Numbered from the stretch's first letter, positions 1 to 9,675 are shown. The stretch is DNA of 64,000 bases from Candidatus Udaeobacter sp. (GCA_035473115.1 DATION010000002.1:9469-73468), one strand, 5' to 3'. Numbers and translations are program-made. The notes: generated from the letters alone by a model not told the origin.

Positions 1-957
1 ATTGGTGAAACAATTGCTGATTTAAATAATCCAATTGCTTTACCGTTGTTAAAAGTTGAAGAACCGACTGTAAAAATGACTTTTTCCGTTAATGATTCGC
101 CATTTGCCGGTAAAGAAGGCCAGTTTACAACTTCCAGACAAATTAGAGAAAGATTAATGAAAGAATTAGAGACCGATATGGCTCTAAGAGTGGAAGATAG
201 CGACGAAGGTGGTTGGATCGTTTCCGGTCGTGGTGAGTTGCATTTGGCAATTTTAATTGAACGTTTGCGTCGTGAAGGTTATGAATTGCAAGTTTCTCGT
301 CCACAAGTTATAGTTAAAGAAATTGATGGCCAAAAAATGACTCCTTATGAACAGGTATTTATTGAAGTTCCGGAAGCTCATTCCGGATCGGTAATTCAAA
401 AATTAGGCAGCCGGCATGGTGAAATGCGAGAAATGAGAACTGAAAACGGCATTGTTTTCTTAGAATTTATTATTCCGACTCGCGGGTTGTTTGGTTACCG
501 TACTGAATTTTTAACAGATTCTAGAGGATTGGGAATTATCAATACAATTTTTCATCAATATTTACCAGACCCAGGCAATTGGCGCGAACGTGAGCAGGGT
601 TCTTTGGTCGCCCACGAAACTGGTGCCAGTAGTCTATATGGTTTGCTTAACGTGCAAGACAGAGGCGTCATGTTTATTGGTCCGGGTGTGCAGGTTTATA
701 AAGGCCAAGTAGTTGGTCAAAATGCTCGCAGCGAAGATATTAGTGTGAATGTTTGTAAAGAAAAACAGTTATCTAATATGCGTTCTAAAGGTGATGGCAG
801 CGCTGAACATTTTAATACTCCAAAAACAATGGGCTTAGAAGAAGCTTTGGAATATATTGGCGATGATGAATTAGTGGAAATAACTCCAAAAAATGTTAGA
901 ATAAGAAAAGTGGTTTTAGATGAAAATGATGCTCGCCGCAAAGCTAGAGGAATGTAA
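1..957 (+). CDS. typA: Translational GTPase TypA/BipA, C-terminal part (5' truncated by window)
   Basis: Motifs EPTVKMTFSVNDSPFAGKEG, VSGRGELHLAILIE, PTRGLFG, K.LSNMRS, LEYIGDDELVEITP; the frame is open from base 1. Confidence 0.97.
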   Translation: MGETIADLNNPIALPLLKVEEPTVKMTFSVNDSPFAGKEGQFTTSRQIRERLMKELETDMALRVEDSDEGGWIVSGRGELHLAILIERLRREGYELQVSRPQVIVKEIDGQKMTPYEQVFIEVPEAHSGSVIQKLGSRHGEMREMRTENGIVFLEFIIPTRGLFGYRTEFLTDSRGLGIINTIFHQYLPDPGNWREREQGSLVAHETGASSLYGLLNVQDRGVMFIGPGVQVYKGQVVGQNARSEDISVNVCKEKQLSNMRSKGDGSAEHFNTPKTMGLEEALEYIGDDELVEITPKNVRIRKVVLDENDARRKARGM

Positions 958-962
958 TTGGC

Positions 963-1034
963 GGCCCCATCGTCTATCAGTTAGGACGTGACCTTCTCAA
1001 GGTCGAAAGACGGGTGCGATTCCCGTTGGGGCTA
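963..1034 (+). tRNA. tRNA-Glu (anticodon CTC); CCA not encoded
   Basis: Cloverleaf: acceptor GGCCCCA/TGGGGCT, D arm CGTCTATCAGTTAGGACG, anticodon arm TGACC-TTCTCAA-GGTCG, T arm ACGGG-TGCGATT-CCCGT. Confidence 0.93.
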
Positions 1035-1039
1035 CAAAT

Positions 1040-1070
1040 AAAAACACTTCGGTTTATCCGGAGTGTTTTT
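1040..1070 (+). terminator. Intrinsic terminator after tRNA-Glu
   Basis: aaaacacttcgg-tttat-ccggagtgtttt hairpin followed by a T-tract. Confidence 0.75.
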
Positions 1071-1080
1071 TATTTTGCGG

Positions 1081-1131
1081 TTGACAGTAAATATTGCATG
1101 TGTTATACTTTTGTTCGTATATACGAACAAA
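1081..1131 (+). promoter_or_regulatory. sigma70 promoter plus 22-bp palindromic operator (probable MntR/DtxR-family box)
   Basis: TTGACA(1081)-17bp-TATACT(1104), immediately followed by the perfect palindrome TTTGTTCGTAT|ATACGAACAAA (1110-1131), just upstream of mntR-mntH. Confidence 0.85.
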
Positions 1132-1136
1132 TTTGT

Positions 1137-1544
1137 ATGTCTAAAATTACTCAAACGCGGGAAGATTATCTGCGAGCTATATATCGTTTTTCGGAACAAG
1201 GTGTCCATGTTCGTATTATTGATATTGCTAACAATCTTGGCTTAGCTCGTTCAACTGTTTCGGAAAGAATAAAAGATTTACAATTGGCAAAACTTGTTAA
1301 GCCAAATCAAAATGAGGGGATTGTGCTTACTCCAAAAGGCGATTTGCTAGGACGGCAGCTTACTTATAAGCATCGGCTTATTGAAGTTTTTCTTAATAAA
1401 ACTTTAGGTATTGATGCTAAAAAAGTCCATGCCGAAGCGCACAAACTGGAGCATGCTTTTTCCGATGAGGTAATTGGCAGGCTGGCAAAATTTTTGGGAA
1501 ACCCAACTCAAGATCCACATGGAGAAAAAATTATTAAAGCTTAA
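1137..1544 (+). CDS. mntR: DtxR/MntR-family metal-dependent repressor
   Basis: TREDYLRAIY, HTH, KHRLIEVFL, EAHKLEH, PTQDPHG; start moved to ATG 1137 because the ORF-track start lies inside the tRNA. Confidence 0.92.
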   Translation: MSKITQTREDYLRAIYRFSEQGVHVRIIDIANNLGLARSTVSERIKDLQLAKLVKPNQNEGIVLTPKGDLLGRQLTYKHRLIEVFLNKTLGIDAKKVHAEAHKLEHAFSDEVIGRLAKFLGNPTQDPHGEKIIKA

Positions 1545-1547
1545 TTT

Positions 1548-2921
1548 ATGAATCAAGCAGAAGAAAAAATAGATTTAACTACTCAAGGTTGGAGATTAAA
1601 AAATAATACTCCCAGTCTTTCCGAAGTTCATCGCAGTATTTCTATTCCCAAGGGAATAAAGTTTTGGCAGAAAATGTTGGCTTTTGCCGGGCCAGGTTAT
1701 CTGGTTGCGGTTGGTTATATGGATCCGGGGAATTGGGCAACGGATTTGGCCGGCGGATCTCACTTTGGCTATACTTTGCTAAGTGTTATTCTTATTTCCA
1801 ATTTAATGGCGATTTTATTGCAATCTTTGGCAGCTAAATTAGGAATTGTGACCGGCAGAGATTTAGCGCAAGCATGCCGAGATCACTATTCTAAACCGAT
1901 TGCCTTTTGTCTTTGGGTTTTATGCGAGATTGCTATTATTGCTTGTGATTTAGCAGAAGTTATCGGTTCAGCCATCGCGCTTAATTTACTTTTTAAAATC
2001 CCTTTGATTTTGGGAGTCTGCATAACGGCGCTTGATGTTTTGCTTATTTTATTTTTGCAAAATAAAGGCTTTAGGTACATTGAAGCTTTGGTAATTGCTC
2101 TAATTGCCACGATTGCCGTCGCTTTTGGTGCGGAAATTATTTTTTCTCATGCCAATTTGGCCGGAGTCATGTCTGGATTTATACCGAGTTTTGAAATTAT
2201 CAAAAATAAAGAGATGCTGTTTATCGCCATTGGTATTTTGGGCGCAACAGTGATGCCGCATAATTTATATTTGCATTCTTCAATTGTGCAGACTCGCCAG
2301 TTTGAAACTGATTCCGAAGGTAAGAGAGAAGCAATTAAATTTGCCACTATCGATTCAACTGTAGCGCTTACTTTTGCCTTATTTGTTAATGCTGCTATTT
2401 TAATTGTTTCGGCCGCCACCTTTTTTACTACCGGACAGCATGAAGTTGCTGAAATTGGCGATGCTTATCGTTTGTTATCACCAACACTCGGTGTCGGCGT
2501 GGCCAGTATTTTATTTGCGGTAGCCTTGCTTGCTTCTGGGTTAAATTCCACATTTACCGGCACTCTTGCTGGTCAAATTGTGATGGAAGGTTTTTTACAG
2601 ATTCGCCTAAAGCCTTGGTTGCGCCGTTTGATTACTCGGTTGATGGCCATTGTCCCGGCAGTAATTGTAGTGGCGCTGTATGGTTCAAGCGGCACTGCTA
2701 AACTGCTTATCTTGAGTCAGGTTGTGCTTAGTCTGCAATTATCTTTTGCGGTTGTGCCTCTTATTTTGTTTACTAGTGATAAAAATAAAATGGGTGAGTT
2801 TGCCAATTCTTGGTGGATAAAATCTTTAGCTTGGATTGTTGGCATTGTAATAATAATTTTAAATACCAAATTACTTCTTGATTTTTTTGGCATTACCAGC
2901 TTTGTTACTAGTTTATTTTAA
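1548..2921 (+). CDS. mntH: Nramp-family Mn2+ transporter
   Basis: [32 protein letters not shown]. Confidence 0.97.
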   Translation: MNQAEEKIDLTTQGWRLKNNTPSLSEVHRSISIPKGIKFWQKMLAFAGPGYLVAVGYMDPGNWATDLAGGSHFGYTLLSVILISNLMAILLQSLAAKLGIVTGRDLAQACRDHYSKPIAFCLWVLCEIAIIACDLAEVIGSAIALNLLFKIPLILGVCITALDVLLILFLQNKGFRYIEALVIALIATIAVAFGAEIIFSHANLAGVMSGFIPSFEIIKNKEMLFIAIGILGATVMPHNLYLHSSIVQTRQFETDSEGKREAIKFATIDSTVALTFALFVNAAILIVSAATFFTTGQHEVAEIGDAYRLLSPTLGVGVASILFAVALLASGLNSTFTGTLAGQIVMEGFLQIRLKPWLRRLITRLMAIVPAVIVVALYGSSGTAKLLILSQVVLSLQLSFAVVPLILFTSDKNKMGEFANSWWIKSLAWIVGIVIIILNTKLLLDFFGITSFVTSLF

Positions 2922-2999
2922 CTCTTCATTTAGGATTGACTAAAATGCAATTTGGTGGTTAGATGATTGGACGAAACAAACTAACAACAGGAGAGAGCC

Positions 3000-3476
3000 A
3001 TGCCTCTGATGAGTTCAAGGAAGAAAGTAATGGAGGAGGTAGGGGTTCTTTTCGTTCTTTATGTTGCGGTTGGTTTCACTGCCGAAGCATTATCAACCGG
3101 AATTCGAGATTCCATTGGCGCTATGATCGCCGGGAAGTTTGATCCCACACTTCCTTGTCGGACAAATCTTTGGGTCGTACCGGTCTATGCTTTGTCTGCG
3201 ACAGTGGGCTTCAGTGTACTGGGCGCCTTGTTTCCAAACTTTTTCAGACTACCCTGGCGGGTTCGTGGTCTAGTTTATATGCTGGGCATATACTGTATAG
3301 AATATGTCTGGGCAGTGCTAATCAGGGCAGTTTTTGGGATTGAGGTTTGGGTATATAGCGACTCAGAGTTCAGTGTCTTACGCTATAATAACCCTAACTT
3401 CTTCGCACTTTGGTTTCTGTTTGGTTTTGTGTTAGAGAAAATAAAAACCTCGGTTTTGCCGCGCTTATTGCGCTAG
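3000..3476 (+). CDS. Integral membrane protein, CmpB/TMEM229-like (putative ABC permease family)
   Basis: About 4 TM segments; pattern LW..PVY...RGL.Y...I..IEY..W.YS; SD AGGAG upstream. Confidence 0.6.
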   Translation: MPLMSSRKKVMEEVGVLFVLYVAVGFTAEALSTGIRDSIGAMIAGKFDPTLPCRTNLWVVPVYALSATVGFSVLGALFPNFFRLPWRVRGLVYMLGIYCIEYVWAVLIRAVFGIEVWVYSDSEFSVLRYNNPNFFALWFLFGFVLEKIKTSVLPRLLR

Positions 3477-3506
3477 TATATTTTGGCAAAACATTTCAAT
3501 ATCGTC

Positions 3507-3533
3507 CCCGCGTATGCTTTAGCGCTGCGCGGG
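3507..3533. repeat. 27-nt REP-like imperfect palindrome
   Basis: cccgcgtatgctttagcgctgcgcggg; same length, ends and GC(T/C)TTAGCG centre as 4787-4813. Confidence 0.5.
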
Positions 3534-3644
3534 TGTTGTTTTTTTAAATAAAATAAAAATTTGGAAAATAATAATATTGACAGGACAGTAATTTAATGAT
3601 TAGCTAGAGCCAGGAAAAAACAACCATTAAGGGAGGAGTGTATC

Positions 3645-4409
3645 ATGATGACTTCTAGGTTGCTCGCAGCGGAAACAGTTTCTCAGGTTTTTGATGCCAT
3701 CGGTGCGTTTCCGGATCGCATCAAAGGTGTTGGTGCTGCAGAAGCAGTTCATGTCATTAAGGTTTGTGGTGGGTGGTGGGCCTTTGATGCAAAAAGCGGA
3801 GGGAACCATCCTCAAATAAACGGGATTCACTTTTCTGATTTTATCCATATGGCTCGCGCCATACAGCATCCGCATATCAATGATTTTTTTTCCATGCTGC
3901 TGGTTAGAAAGATTATTCAAAATCTGAACTCTAACCCTGATCAGTATGCTACGAGCTATGTTGTAGCTGCTCTAGATAGAGCCGGAGAGATGCTGGCGCC
4001 TCAAGTTGCGTTTCGTTTACAAAGAGAGTTGTCTGCTTCTGGTTCAGTTGTACAGAGGCCGTTTAGGAGCGATATCTCAGAGCCTATTATTGCAGGAAAA
4101 AAACAAAGAGTGATCTATGTCAGGAGCTTGATTCCTGCATGTGCGGACTTTGATCCGTTTTTGGCACCGCAGCCTGATGGAGCTTTGAAGCCGTTAGTAG
4201 CAGCAGTATTTGACAGAAGAAGGCTGGAGGATGAAGGTTTTTATACTGCCACCGATATTGTATCTTTGGTCAGAAACCAGCTCGTTACTTATAATGTTCA
4301 TGCCGGAGTAGTTTGTCCGCTATGCAAGGCCGGTTCCCTGGCTATTGGTATGAATGGTGTTTATGATAACCCGGAAGTATGGGACAGGCTTACTGGTCGT
4401 AACACCTGA
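3645..4409 (+). CDS. Hypothetical protein, divergent orotate-phosphoribosyltransferase-like
   Basis: 254-aa ORF with strong SD (GGAGGAG); C-terminal CPLCKAGS resembles the tail of some OPRTases; no clear PRPP-binding motif. Confidence 0.5.
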   Translation: MMTSRLLAAETVSQVFDAIGAFPDRIKGVGAAEAVHVIKVCGGWWAFDAKSGGNHPQINGIHFSDFIHMARAIQHPHINDFFSMLLVRKIIQNLNSNPDQYATSYVVAALDRAGEMLAPQVAFRLQRELSASGSVVQRPFRSDISEPIIAGKKQRVIYVRSLIPACADFDPFLAPQPDGALKPLVAAVFDRRRLEDEGFYTATDIVSLVRNQLVTYNVHAGVVCPLCKAGSLAIGMNGVYDNPEVWDRLTGRNT

Positions 4410-4437
4410 GTCGGTGGTTAGGTTGGTACAAACAAAG

Positions 4438-4498
4438 ACCGCCCGCTGATTCGTTAGATTTCTAAATTTAGAAGTTTGGCGAGTCGGGCGGTTTTTTT
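4438..4498 (+). terminator. Long hairpin terminator
   Basis: accgcccg..gattcgttagatttctaaa-tttagaagtttggcgagtcgggcggt followed by a T7 tract. Confidence 0.7.
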
Positions 4499-4562
4499 GT
4501 TCTGCCAATTGACCGTAAAGCTTTTTTCATATACAATGGTGTATTGATAATATATATATATA

Positions 4563-4638
4563 TATATCTACGGATATATTCTCATTCGTTCGAAAATATT
4601 TTAGTAAACTAAATATTTTGCTCACTCATTTCGATTAT
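4563..4638 (+). repeat. Family-2 dispersed element (copy 1), abutting the dus ATG
   Basis: TATATC-tacg-GATATA-ttctcattcgttc-[hairpin]-ctcactcatttcgattATG; matches 44715, 32199 and 35914(rc). Confidence 0.85.
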
Positions 4639-5695
4639 GGTAAATGGATTTTGGAAAAAATTAAAAAAACCGATAATGGTTCTGGCGCCAATGGCTAATG
4701 TCACCGACGCCGCTTTTCGGCGTATCATTGCGAAATACTCAAAATATGGCGGGCAAGATATGGGCGACTGGTCTAAGGAAAGTTTACCCGTCCGAAGCCT
4801 TAGCGAAGGCGGGCCAGATGTAATGTGGACTGAATTTGTGTCTTGTGACGGCTTAATGTCGCCGGGTCAAAAAAAGTTATTGGTAGATTTTATGTATACC
4901 GAAGCCGAGCGTCCGATCGTGGCGCAGATTTTTGGTTCCAAGCCGGAAAATTTTTATAAAACTGCTTTGCTTATCCAAGAGTTAGGTTTTGACGGCATTG
5001 ATATAAATATGGGCTGTCCGGATAAGAATGTAGAAAAACAGGGCGCCGGAGCCTGTCTAATAAAAAATCCTCAGCTAGCTCAAGAAATTATTCGGGAAAC
5101 AAAACGTGGAGCCGGTAAACTGCCGGTTTCAGTTAAAACCAGAATTGGTTATAATAAAAATTCTCTTAGTGAATGGTTGCCGGCATTGCTGGAAACCGAA
5201 CCCGCAGCCATTACCATCCATGCACGCACACGCAAAGAGTTATCTTTAGTTCCGGCCAAATGGGAAACAGTTGCCGATGCGGTGCGTATTCGTGATAGTT
5301 ATGATAGTTCGGAAAATAAAACTTTGATTTTAGGAAATGGGGACGTAAAAGATTTGGCTGATGCGGCAGAAAAAATAAAAATTAGCGGCGCCGACGGGGT
5401 AATGATCGGACGGGGTATTTTTGGTAATCCTTGGCTGTTTAATCCTGCCGTTGATTATGCCAAAATTCCAATTGAAGAAAAATTAAAAGTGATGGTTGAG
5501 CATACTTATTTGTTTGAAAAACTTCTGGTAGAGCACAAAAGTTTTGATATCATGAAAAAACACTACAAAGCCTATGTTAATGGCTTTGACGGCGCCAAAG
5601 AACTTCGTATTCAGTTGATGGAAGGAGCTAAAACTGCAGGTGATGTAGAAAATATTGTCACAATTTTTTTAGAGAAATTAAAAATATCTCAATAA
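4637..5695 (+). CDS. dus: tRNA-dihydrouridine synthase (Dus family)
   Basis: LAPMANVTD, GIDINMGCP, PVSVKTRIG, TIHARTR, GNGDV, GVMIGRG. Confidence 0.95.
   Translation: MVNGFWKKLKKPIMVLAPMANVTDAAFRRIIAKYSKYGGQDMGDWSKESLPVRSLSEGGPDVMWTEFVSCDGLMSPGQKKLLVDFMYTEAERPIVAQIFGSKPENFYKTALLIQELGFDGIDINMGCPDKNVEKQGAGACLIKNPQLAQEIIRETKRGAGKLPVSVKTRIGYNKNSLSEWLPALLETEPAAITIHARTRKELSLVPAKWETVADAVRIRDSYDSSENKTLILGNGDVKDLADAAEKIKISGADGVMIGRGIFGNPWLFNPAVDYAKIPIEEKLKVMVEHTYLFEKLLVEHKSFDIMKKHYKAYVNGFDGAKELRIQLMEGAKTAGDVENIVTIFLEKLKISQ
4787..4813. repeat. REP-like palindrome embedded in frame in dus
   Basis: cccgtccgaagccttagcgaaggcggg encodes PVRSLSEGG in a loop insertion before the conserved PDV.WTEFVS. Confidence 0.6.
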
Positions 5696-5784
5696 GTTGG
5701 TATTATTTTTACAGCGACCATCCCACCCTCAAGAGGGCGGCCTGCAAGGTCGTTTGGTCGCAAGAAAATAATACCAACTTATTG
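5690..5784 (+). repeat. Family-1 dispersed element (copy A)
   Basis: 20-bp perfect arms caataagttggtattatttt / aaaataataccaacttattg around a 55-nt GC-rich core gcgaccatcccaccctcaagagggcggcctgcaaggtcgtttggtcgc. Confidence 0.88.
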
Positions 5785-5817
5785 TTTTTTTTACTTGTTA
5801 AGGCTAATATATAATGT

Positions 5818-6921
5818 ATGGAATTCAGTTATAAGTTTTATAATACTACAGCTTTAGCCTGGGAGGGGATGCGCCAGGCAATTTCGGTTGCCAAAGAATC
5901 AATTTATTGGGAAATTTTTACTCTGGCCGACGACATATCCGGCAAGCCCTTTATAGATTTGTTATGCGCCAAAGCTCGTGGCGGTCTGGATGTTAAACTG
6001 ATCGTCGACGCGTTTGGCAGTTTTTATTTATCCAAAGAGGCTACCAGTCGCTTAAAAAATTCCGGCGTTAAATTTTTAGTTTTTCATAACTTTCGCCCGG
6101 AGATCGCTTTGCAAAATTGGTGGCGCCGAGTTTGGCATCGTACGCACCGCAAAGTTATGATTATTGATAAAGAAATTATTTTTATCGGTGGTGTTAATGT
6201 GTCTGATCATTCTGCCAGCTGGCAAGATCTGCATTTGCGTTTGACAGGCAAAATAGCCTTGCCTATTTTGTTTAATTTTGCGAGGTCGTATATTATGGCC
6301 GGCGGAGATAAAAAAGATGTGCAAAATTTATTACGGCCAAATTTTTTACCAAGCTTTAGTGATGTGAGGGAAAAAATAAGTTTAATTATTAATTCTCCTT
6401 TGCGTACCACCAACCGCTCACCATTTAAAAATTTTTATAAAACAGCCTTAAGCACTGCCAAAGAAAAGTTTAACCTTCTCACTCCGTATTATGTACCGGA
6501 TAAACATTTTTTGGATTTGGTATCCCGCGCCAAAAATCGCGGTGTGAATATCAATATCATTATGCCTTGGAGAAGCGATGAACGCATCATGCGTTATTTT
6601 GCTTCTATGCTTTATGGAGTTTCGGCCAAAGCCGGAGCAGTTTTTTATTTTTTAAAAAAAATGAATCATGGCAAGGCGGTGAGTGTGGATAATAAATTGG
6701 GAATGGTGGGCAGTGCCAACTTAACTCCGCGCAGTTTTTATATCAATCATGAAGCCGGAGTAACTTTTGCCCAAGAACGGATGGTAGAAGATCTGAATAA
6801 TATTTTGGATGAGTGGAAAAAAGAAACTGTACCGTTGGCTGATTTTGGCTTTGGCAATAGAACCGGTTGGTATCGCAGATTTAAAGATTGGTGGATGAAC
6901 AAATTACGTGATTATGTTTAG
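5818..6921 (+). CDS. Phospholipase D family, cardiolipin synthase-like
   Basis: Two HKD motifs: HRKVMIIDK..GGVN and HGKAVSVDNK..GSAN; TPYYVPD. Confidence 0.9.
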   Translation: MEFSYKFYNTTALAWEGMRQAISVAKESIYWEIFTLADDISGKPFIDLLCAKARGGLDVKLIVDAFGSFYLSKEATSRLKNSGVKFLVFHNFRPEIALQNWWRRVWHRTHRKVMIIDKEIIFIGGVNVSDHSASWQDLHLRLTGKIALPILFNFARSYIMAGGDKKDVQNLLRPNFLPSFSDVREKISLIINSPLRTTNRSPFKNFYKTALSTAKEKFNLLTPYYVPDKHFLDLVSRAKNRGVNINIIMPWRSDERIMRYFASMLYGVSAKAGAVFYFLKKMNHGKAVSVDNKLGMVGSANLTPRSFYINHEAGVTFAQERMVEDLNNILDEWKKETVPLADFGFGNRTGWYRRFKDWWMNKLRDYV

Positions 6922-6991
6922 TTAGTGCTGGACATTTTTGGAGCAGGTGGTAGTATTTAATAATCATCTAATTTATTTATTTAACTTACTT

Positions 6992-8227
6992 ATGATTAAT
7001 AACGACCCGTTTCTTGGCGCTTTAAAACAGCTGGAAAAATTAAAAAATCTAGTCAATTTGGAAGATAATATTTACGAACAATTAAAATCTCCGCAGAAAT
7101 TTTTGGAAGTGTCTATTCCGGTAAAAATGGATAATGGCAAAATTAAAGTTTTTAAAGGTTTTCGTTCCCAGTTTAATAACGCTCGCGGCCCATACAAAGG
7201 CGGTATTCGTTTCCACCCGCAAGTAAATGAATCAGAAGTAAAAGCTTTGAGTATGTGGATGGCACTCAAAACAGCTGTGGTTGGTATTCCGCTAGGGGGC
7301 GGCAAGGGCGGTGTAATAGTTAACCCAAAAGAATTATCTGCCGCAGAATTAGAAAAATTATCTCGCGGTTATATCGCGGCTATTTATAAATTAATCGGAC
7401 CAACAGTAGATGTGCCAGCGCCGGATGTTTATACTGATCCAAAAATAATGGGCTGGATGCTTGATGAATATGAAAAATTAACTGGTGGCGGCAATCCGGG
7501 AGTTATCACCGGCAAACCGCTGAGCATCGGCGGTTCCAAAGCCCGCGGTTATTCTACTGCTCAAGGCGGTTTTTATGCTTTGCAAGAAGCGGTGAAAAAA
7601 ATTAATTTGGCAAATTTACGAGTAGCCGTACAAGGTTTTGGCAATGCTGGTGCCACTATGGCCAAAATTGTTGCCGAAAATGGCTATAAAGTTGTAGCTG
7701 TTTCCGATTCCAAAGGTGGAATATATCAAGCCGATGGTTTAGAAATAGAAAAATTATTTGCTCATAAAGAAAGTTCAGGGTCAGTAGTGAATTTTGCTGG
7801 CTCAACAAATATTGGTGAAGATATTTTGTCTCAGGATGTTGATGTTTTGGTTTTGGCAGCTCTGGAAAATAGTATTACCGCAGATAATGCCAATAAAATA
7901 AAAGCTAAATTAATCATTGAGTTAGCTAATGGCCCTATAACTCAGGAAGGTGATGAGGTTTTAACTAAAGCCGGCGTGGTCGTGGTGCCAGATATTTTGG
8001 CCAATGCCGGAGGAGTGGCTGTTAGTTATTTTGAACAAGTGCAAAATGCGTATGGATATTATTGGGAAGAAGCAGATGTTTTGGAAAAATTAGAAAAAAT
8101 AATGATTTCGTCTTTTGCCGAAGTCTGGAATAGAAAAGAAAAATATAATAGTGATATGCGTATGGGCGCATATGCTTTGGCCATAGAACGAATCGCTCAA
8201 GCAATTAAAGACAGAGGTAGTTTTTAG
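6992..8227 (+). CDS. gdhA: Glutamate dehydrogenase (Glu/Leu/Phe/Val family)
   Basis: RGPYKGGIRFHP, GGGKGG, DVPAPDV, VQGFGNAG, PDILANAGGV; start set to ATG 6992. Confidence 0.95.
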   Translation: MINNDPFLGALKQLEKLKNLVNLEDNIYEQLKSPQKFLEVSIPVKMDNGKIKVFKGFRSQFNNARGPYKGGIRFHPQVNESEVKALSMWMALKTAVVGIPLGGGKGGVIVNPKELSAAELEKLSRGYIAAIYKLIGPTVDVPAPDVYTDPKIMGWMLDEYEKLTGGGNPGVITGKPLSIGGSKARGYSTAQGGFYALQEAVKKINLANLRVAVQGFGNAGATMAKIVAENGYKVVAVSDSKGGIYQADGLEIEKLFAHKESSGSVVNFAGSTNIGEDILSQDVDVLVLAALENSITADNANKIKAKLIIELANGPITQEGDEVLTKAGVVVVPDILANAGGVAVSYFEQVQNAYGYYWEEADVLEKLEKIMISSFAEVWNRKEKYNSDMRMGAYALAIERIAQAIKDRGSF

Positions 8228-8255
8228 CTGCTACTTGTGGTATAATCTATCTCAT

Positions 8256-8993
8256 ATGCTAAGCTATATTTGGTCAAACTTTCTGTACCAGCCGTTATTT
8301 AACGCTCTCATTTGGATTTATCTTAATATTGCCGGCCGCAATCTGGGCTGGGCCGTAGTTTGGCTCACAATTTTATTGCGTATTTTTCTTTTGCCACTGA
8401 CTATTATCTCCGAACATGACGCCATTAAACAAAAAAAAGTGGAAGAAGAAGCTCGTTTAGCAGCCAAGGCCTATAAAAATGATACAGTTGCTCAAAAAGA
8501 AGAGATCAGAAAAATAATGCGCAAAAACAGAGTCTCTCCGTGGGCCAAAGTAATGTCTCTCGGCCTGCAATTATTAGTTTTAATACTTCTTTATCAAGTT
8601 TTTATCCGAGGCATAACCGGCGAAAGAGTGGTAAAGATTCTCTATCCGTGGATAGATTTTCCGGGCAAAATCAATACCGATTTTTATGGATTTAATATCG
8701 GTAATAGGCATGAAATTATTTGGGCCGGAGCCGCTGCTTTATATCTGTTTGTTTCTATATTCTTAAAAGAAGGCGTAAGTCGAAAAAAAGACAGCTCAAA
8801 AAATACCTTTTTATTTTTATTTCCTTTAATTACTCTTGCTCTGTTATGGTATTTGCCAATGGTCAAATCACTTTTTATTTTGACAACAATGATATTTTCT
8901 GATATAATTTCTTTTATAAAAAATCTAATTTTTGCTGATAAAGATAAAGAGAAAGAAAAACAAATCGCTGAGGCAGTTCCTGCTAAAAAATAG
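8256..8993 (+). CDS. yidC: YidC/Oxa1-family membrane insertase (short form)
   Basis: LYQPLFNAL, G.AVV.LTILLRIFLLPL, coiled-coil hairpin, Q..LILLYQVF; ATG 8256. Confidence 0.8.
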   Translation: MLSYIWSNFLYQPLFNALIWIYLNIAGRNLGWAVVWLTILLRIFLLPLTIISEHDAIKQKKVEEEARLAAKAYKNDTVAQKEEIRKIMRKNRVSPWAKVMSLGLQLLVLILLYQVFIRGITGERVVKILYPWIDFPGKINTDFYGFNIGNRHEIIWAGAAALYLFVSIFLKEGVSRKKDSSKNTFLFLFPLITLALLWYLPMVKSLFILTTMIFSDIISFIKNLIFADKDKEKEKQIAEAVPAKK

Positions 8994-9034
8994 GCTTCAA
9001 GCGCAGAGTTTAAATTAAATTTAACTTTTAAAGT

Positions 9035-9601
9035 ATGTCGGACGATTCATTGGATAAGTTAATGTATTCCTTTGTAATGGATGACGTCTTAAAAGGGCTT
9101 TTCATTAGTGTTCCTCCGGGGTATGTGGCTTGCGTGTATGATCTGGGCAGAGGAGTGCTGAAAAAAGTTTTAACTCCCGGATTACATTTAAAAATTCCTT
9201 TTTGGCAAAAAGCCAAGTTGTTTAATACTCAAACCTTAGAATATAGCGTTTCCCGCCAGTTTAATCCGGAGCACGAAAAGGCTTTGGGTGATATACCGAT
9301 TGCTGCCGGTACCAAAGATGGCCAGCGCGTGGGGGTAGAAGGCACAATTTTATTGCGTTTAGATGTTCATCAGGTGCCATCTATCTGGCAGACAGTCGGA
9401 GAAGACTTTGTAGCCAAAATTGTGCGTCCAACTATCCGGAGCCGGGTACGCATGGTATTTAGCAAATTTGATTACCAAGACATAGTTGGCGCCAAAAGAG
9501 ATTCCGTAGAAATGGAGCTAAAAAACGAACTGGAAAGGATATTTTATGCTCGAGGAATCTATGTAGAAAATGTTCTACTTAGCGAAATAGCCAAGATTTA
9601 A
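9035..9601 (+). CDS. SPFH/prohibitin (band 7) domain protein
   Basis: V.PG..., PGLHLKIPF.Q, TKDGQ.V.V, IVRPTIRS.VR, GIYVENVLL. Confidence 0.88.
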   Translation: MSDDSLDKLMYSFVMDDVLKGLFISVPPGYVACVYDLGRGVLKKVLTPGLHLKIPFWQKAKLFNTQTLEYSVSRQFNPEHEKALGDIPIAAGTKDGQRVGVEGTILLRLDVHQVPSIWQTVGEDFVAKIVRPTIRSRVRMVFSKFDYQDIVGAKRDSVEMELKNELERIFYARGIYVENVLLSEIAKI

Positions 9602-9623
9602 GCCAAACTACTTAATAAACTAA

Positions 9624-9660
9624 AAAATCGACCCAAACCAGACAGGTAGGGTCGATTTTT
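9624..9660 (+). terminator. Intrinsic terminator (possibly bidirectional)
   Basis: aaaatcgaccc...gggtcgatttt. Confidence 0.7.
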
Positions 9661-9675
9661 GTTTTTAACCTTGCC

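Noticed and set aside
1014-1136. N-terminal extension of mntR in the ORF track
   Set aside because: It runs through the tRNA, terminator and promoter; ATG 1137 fits the family.
4550-4567. (TA)n tract as a phase-variable switch
   Set aside because: It lies downstream of the likely -10 and merges with the family-2 TATATC end; there is no evidence of function.
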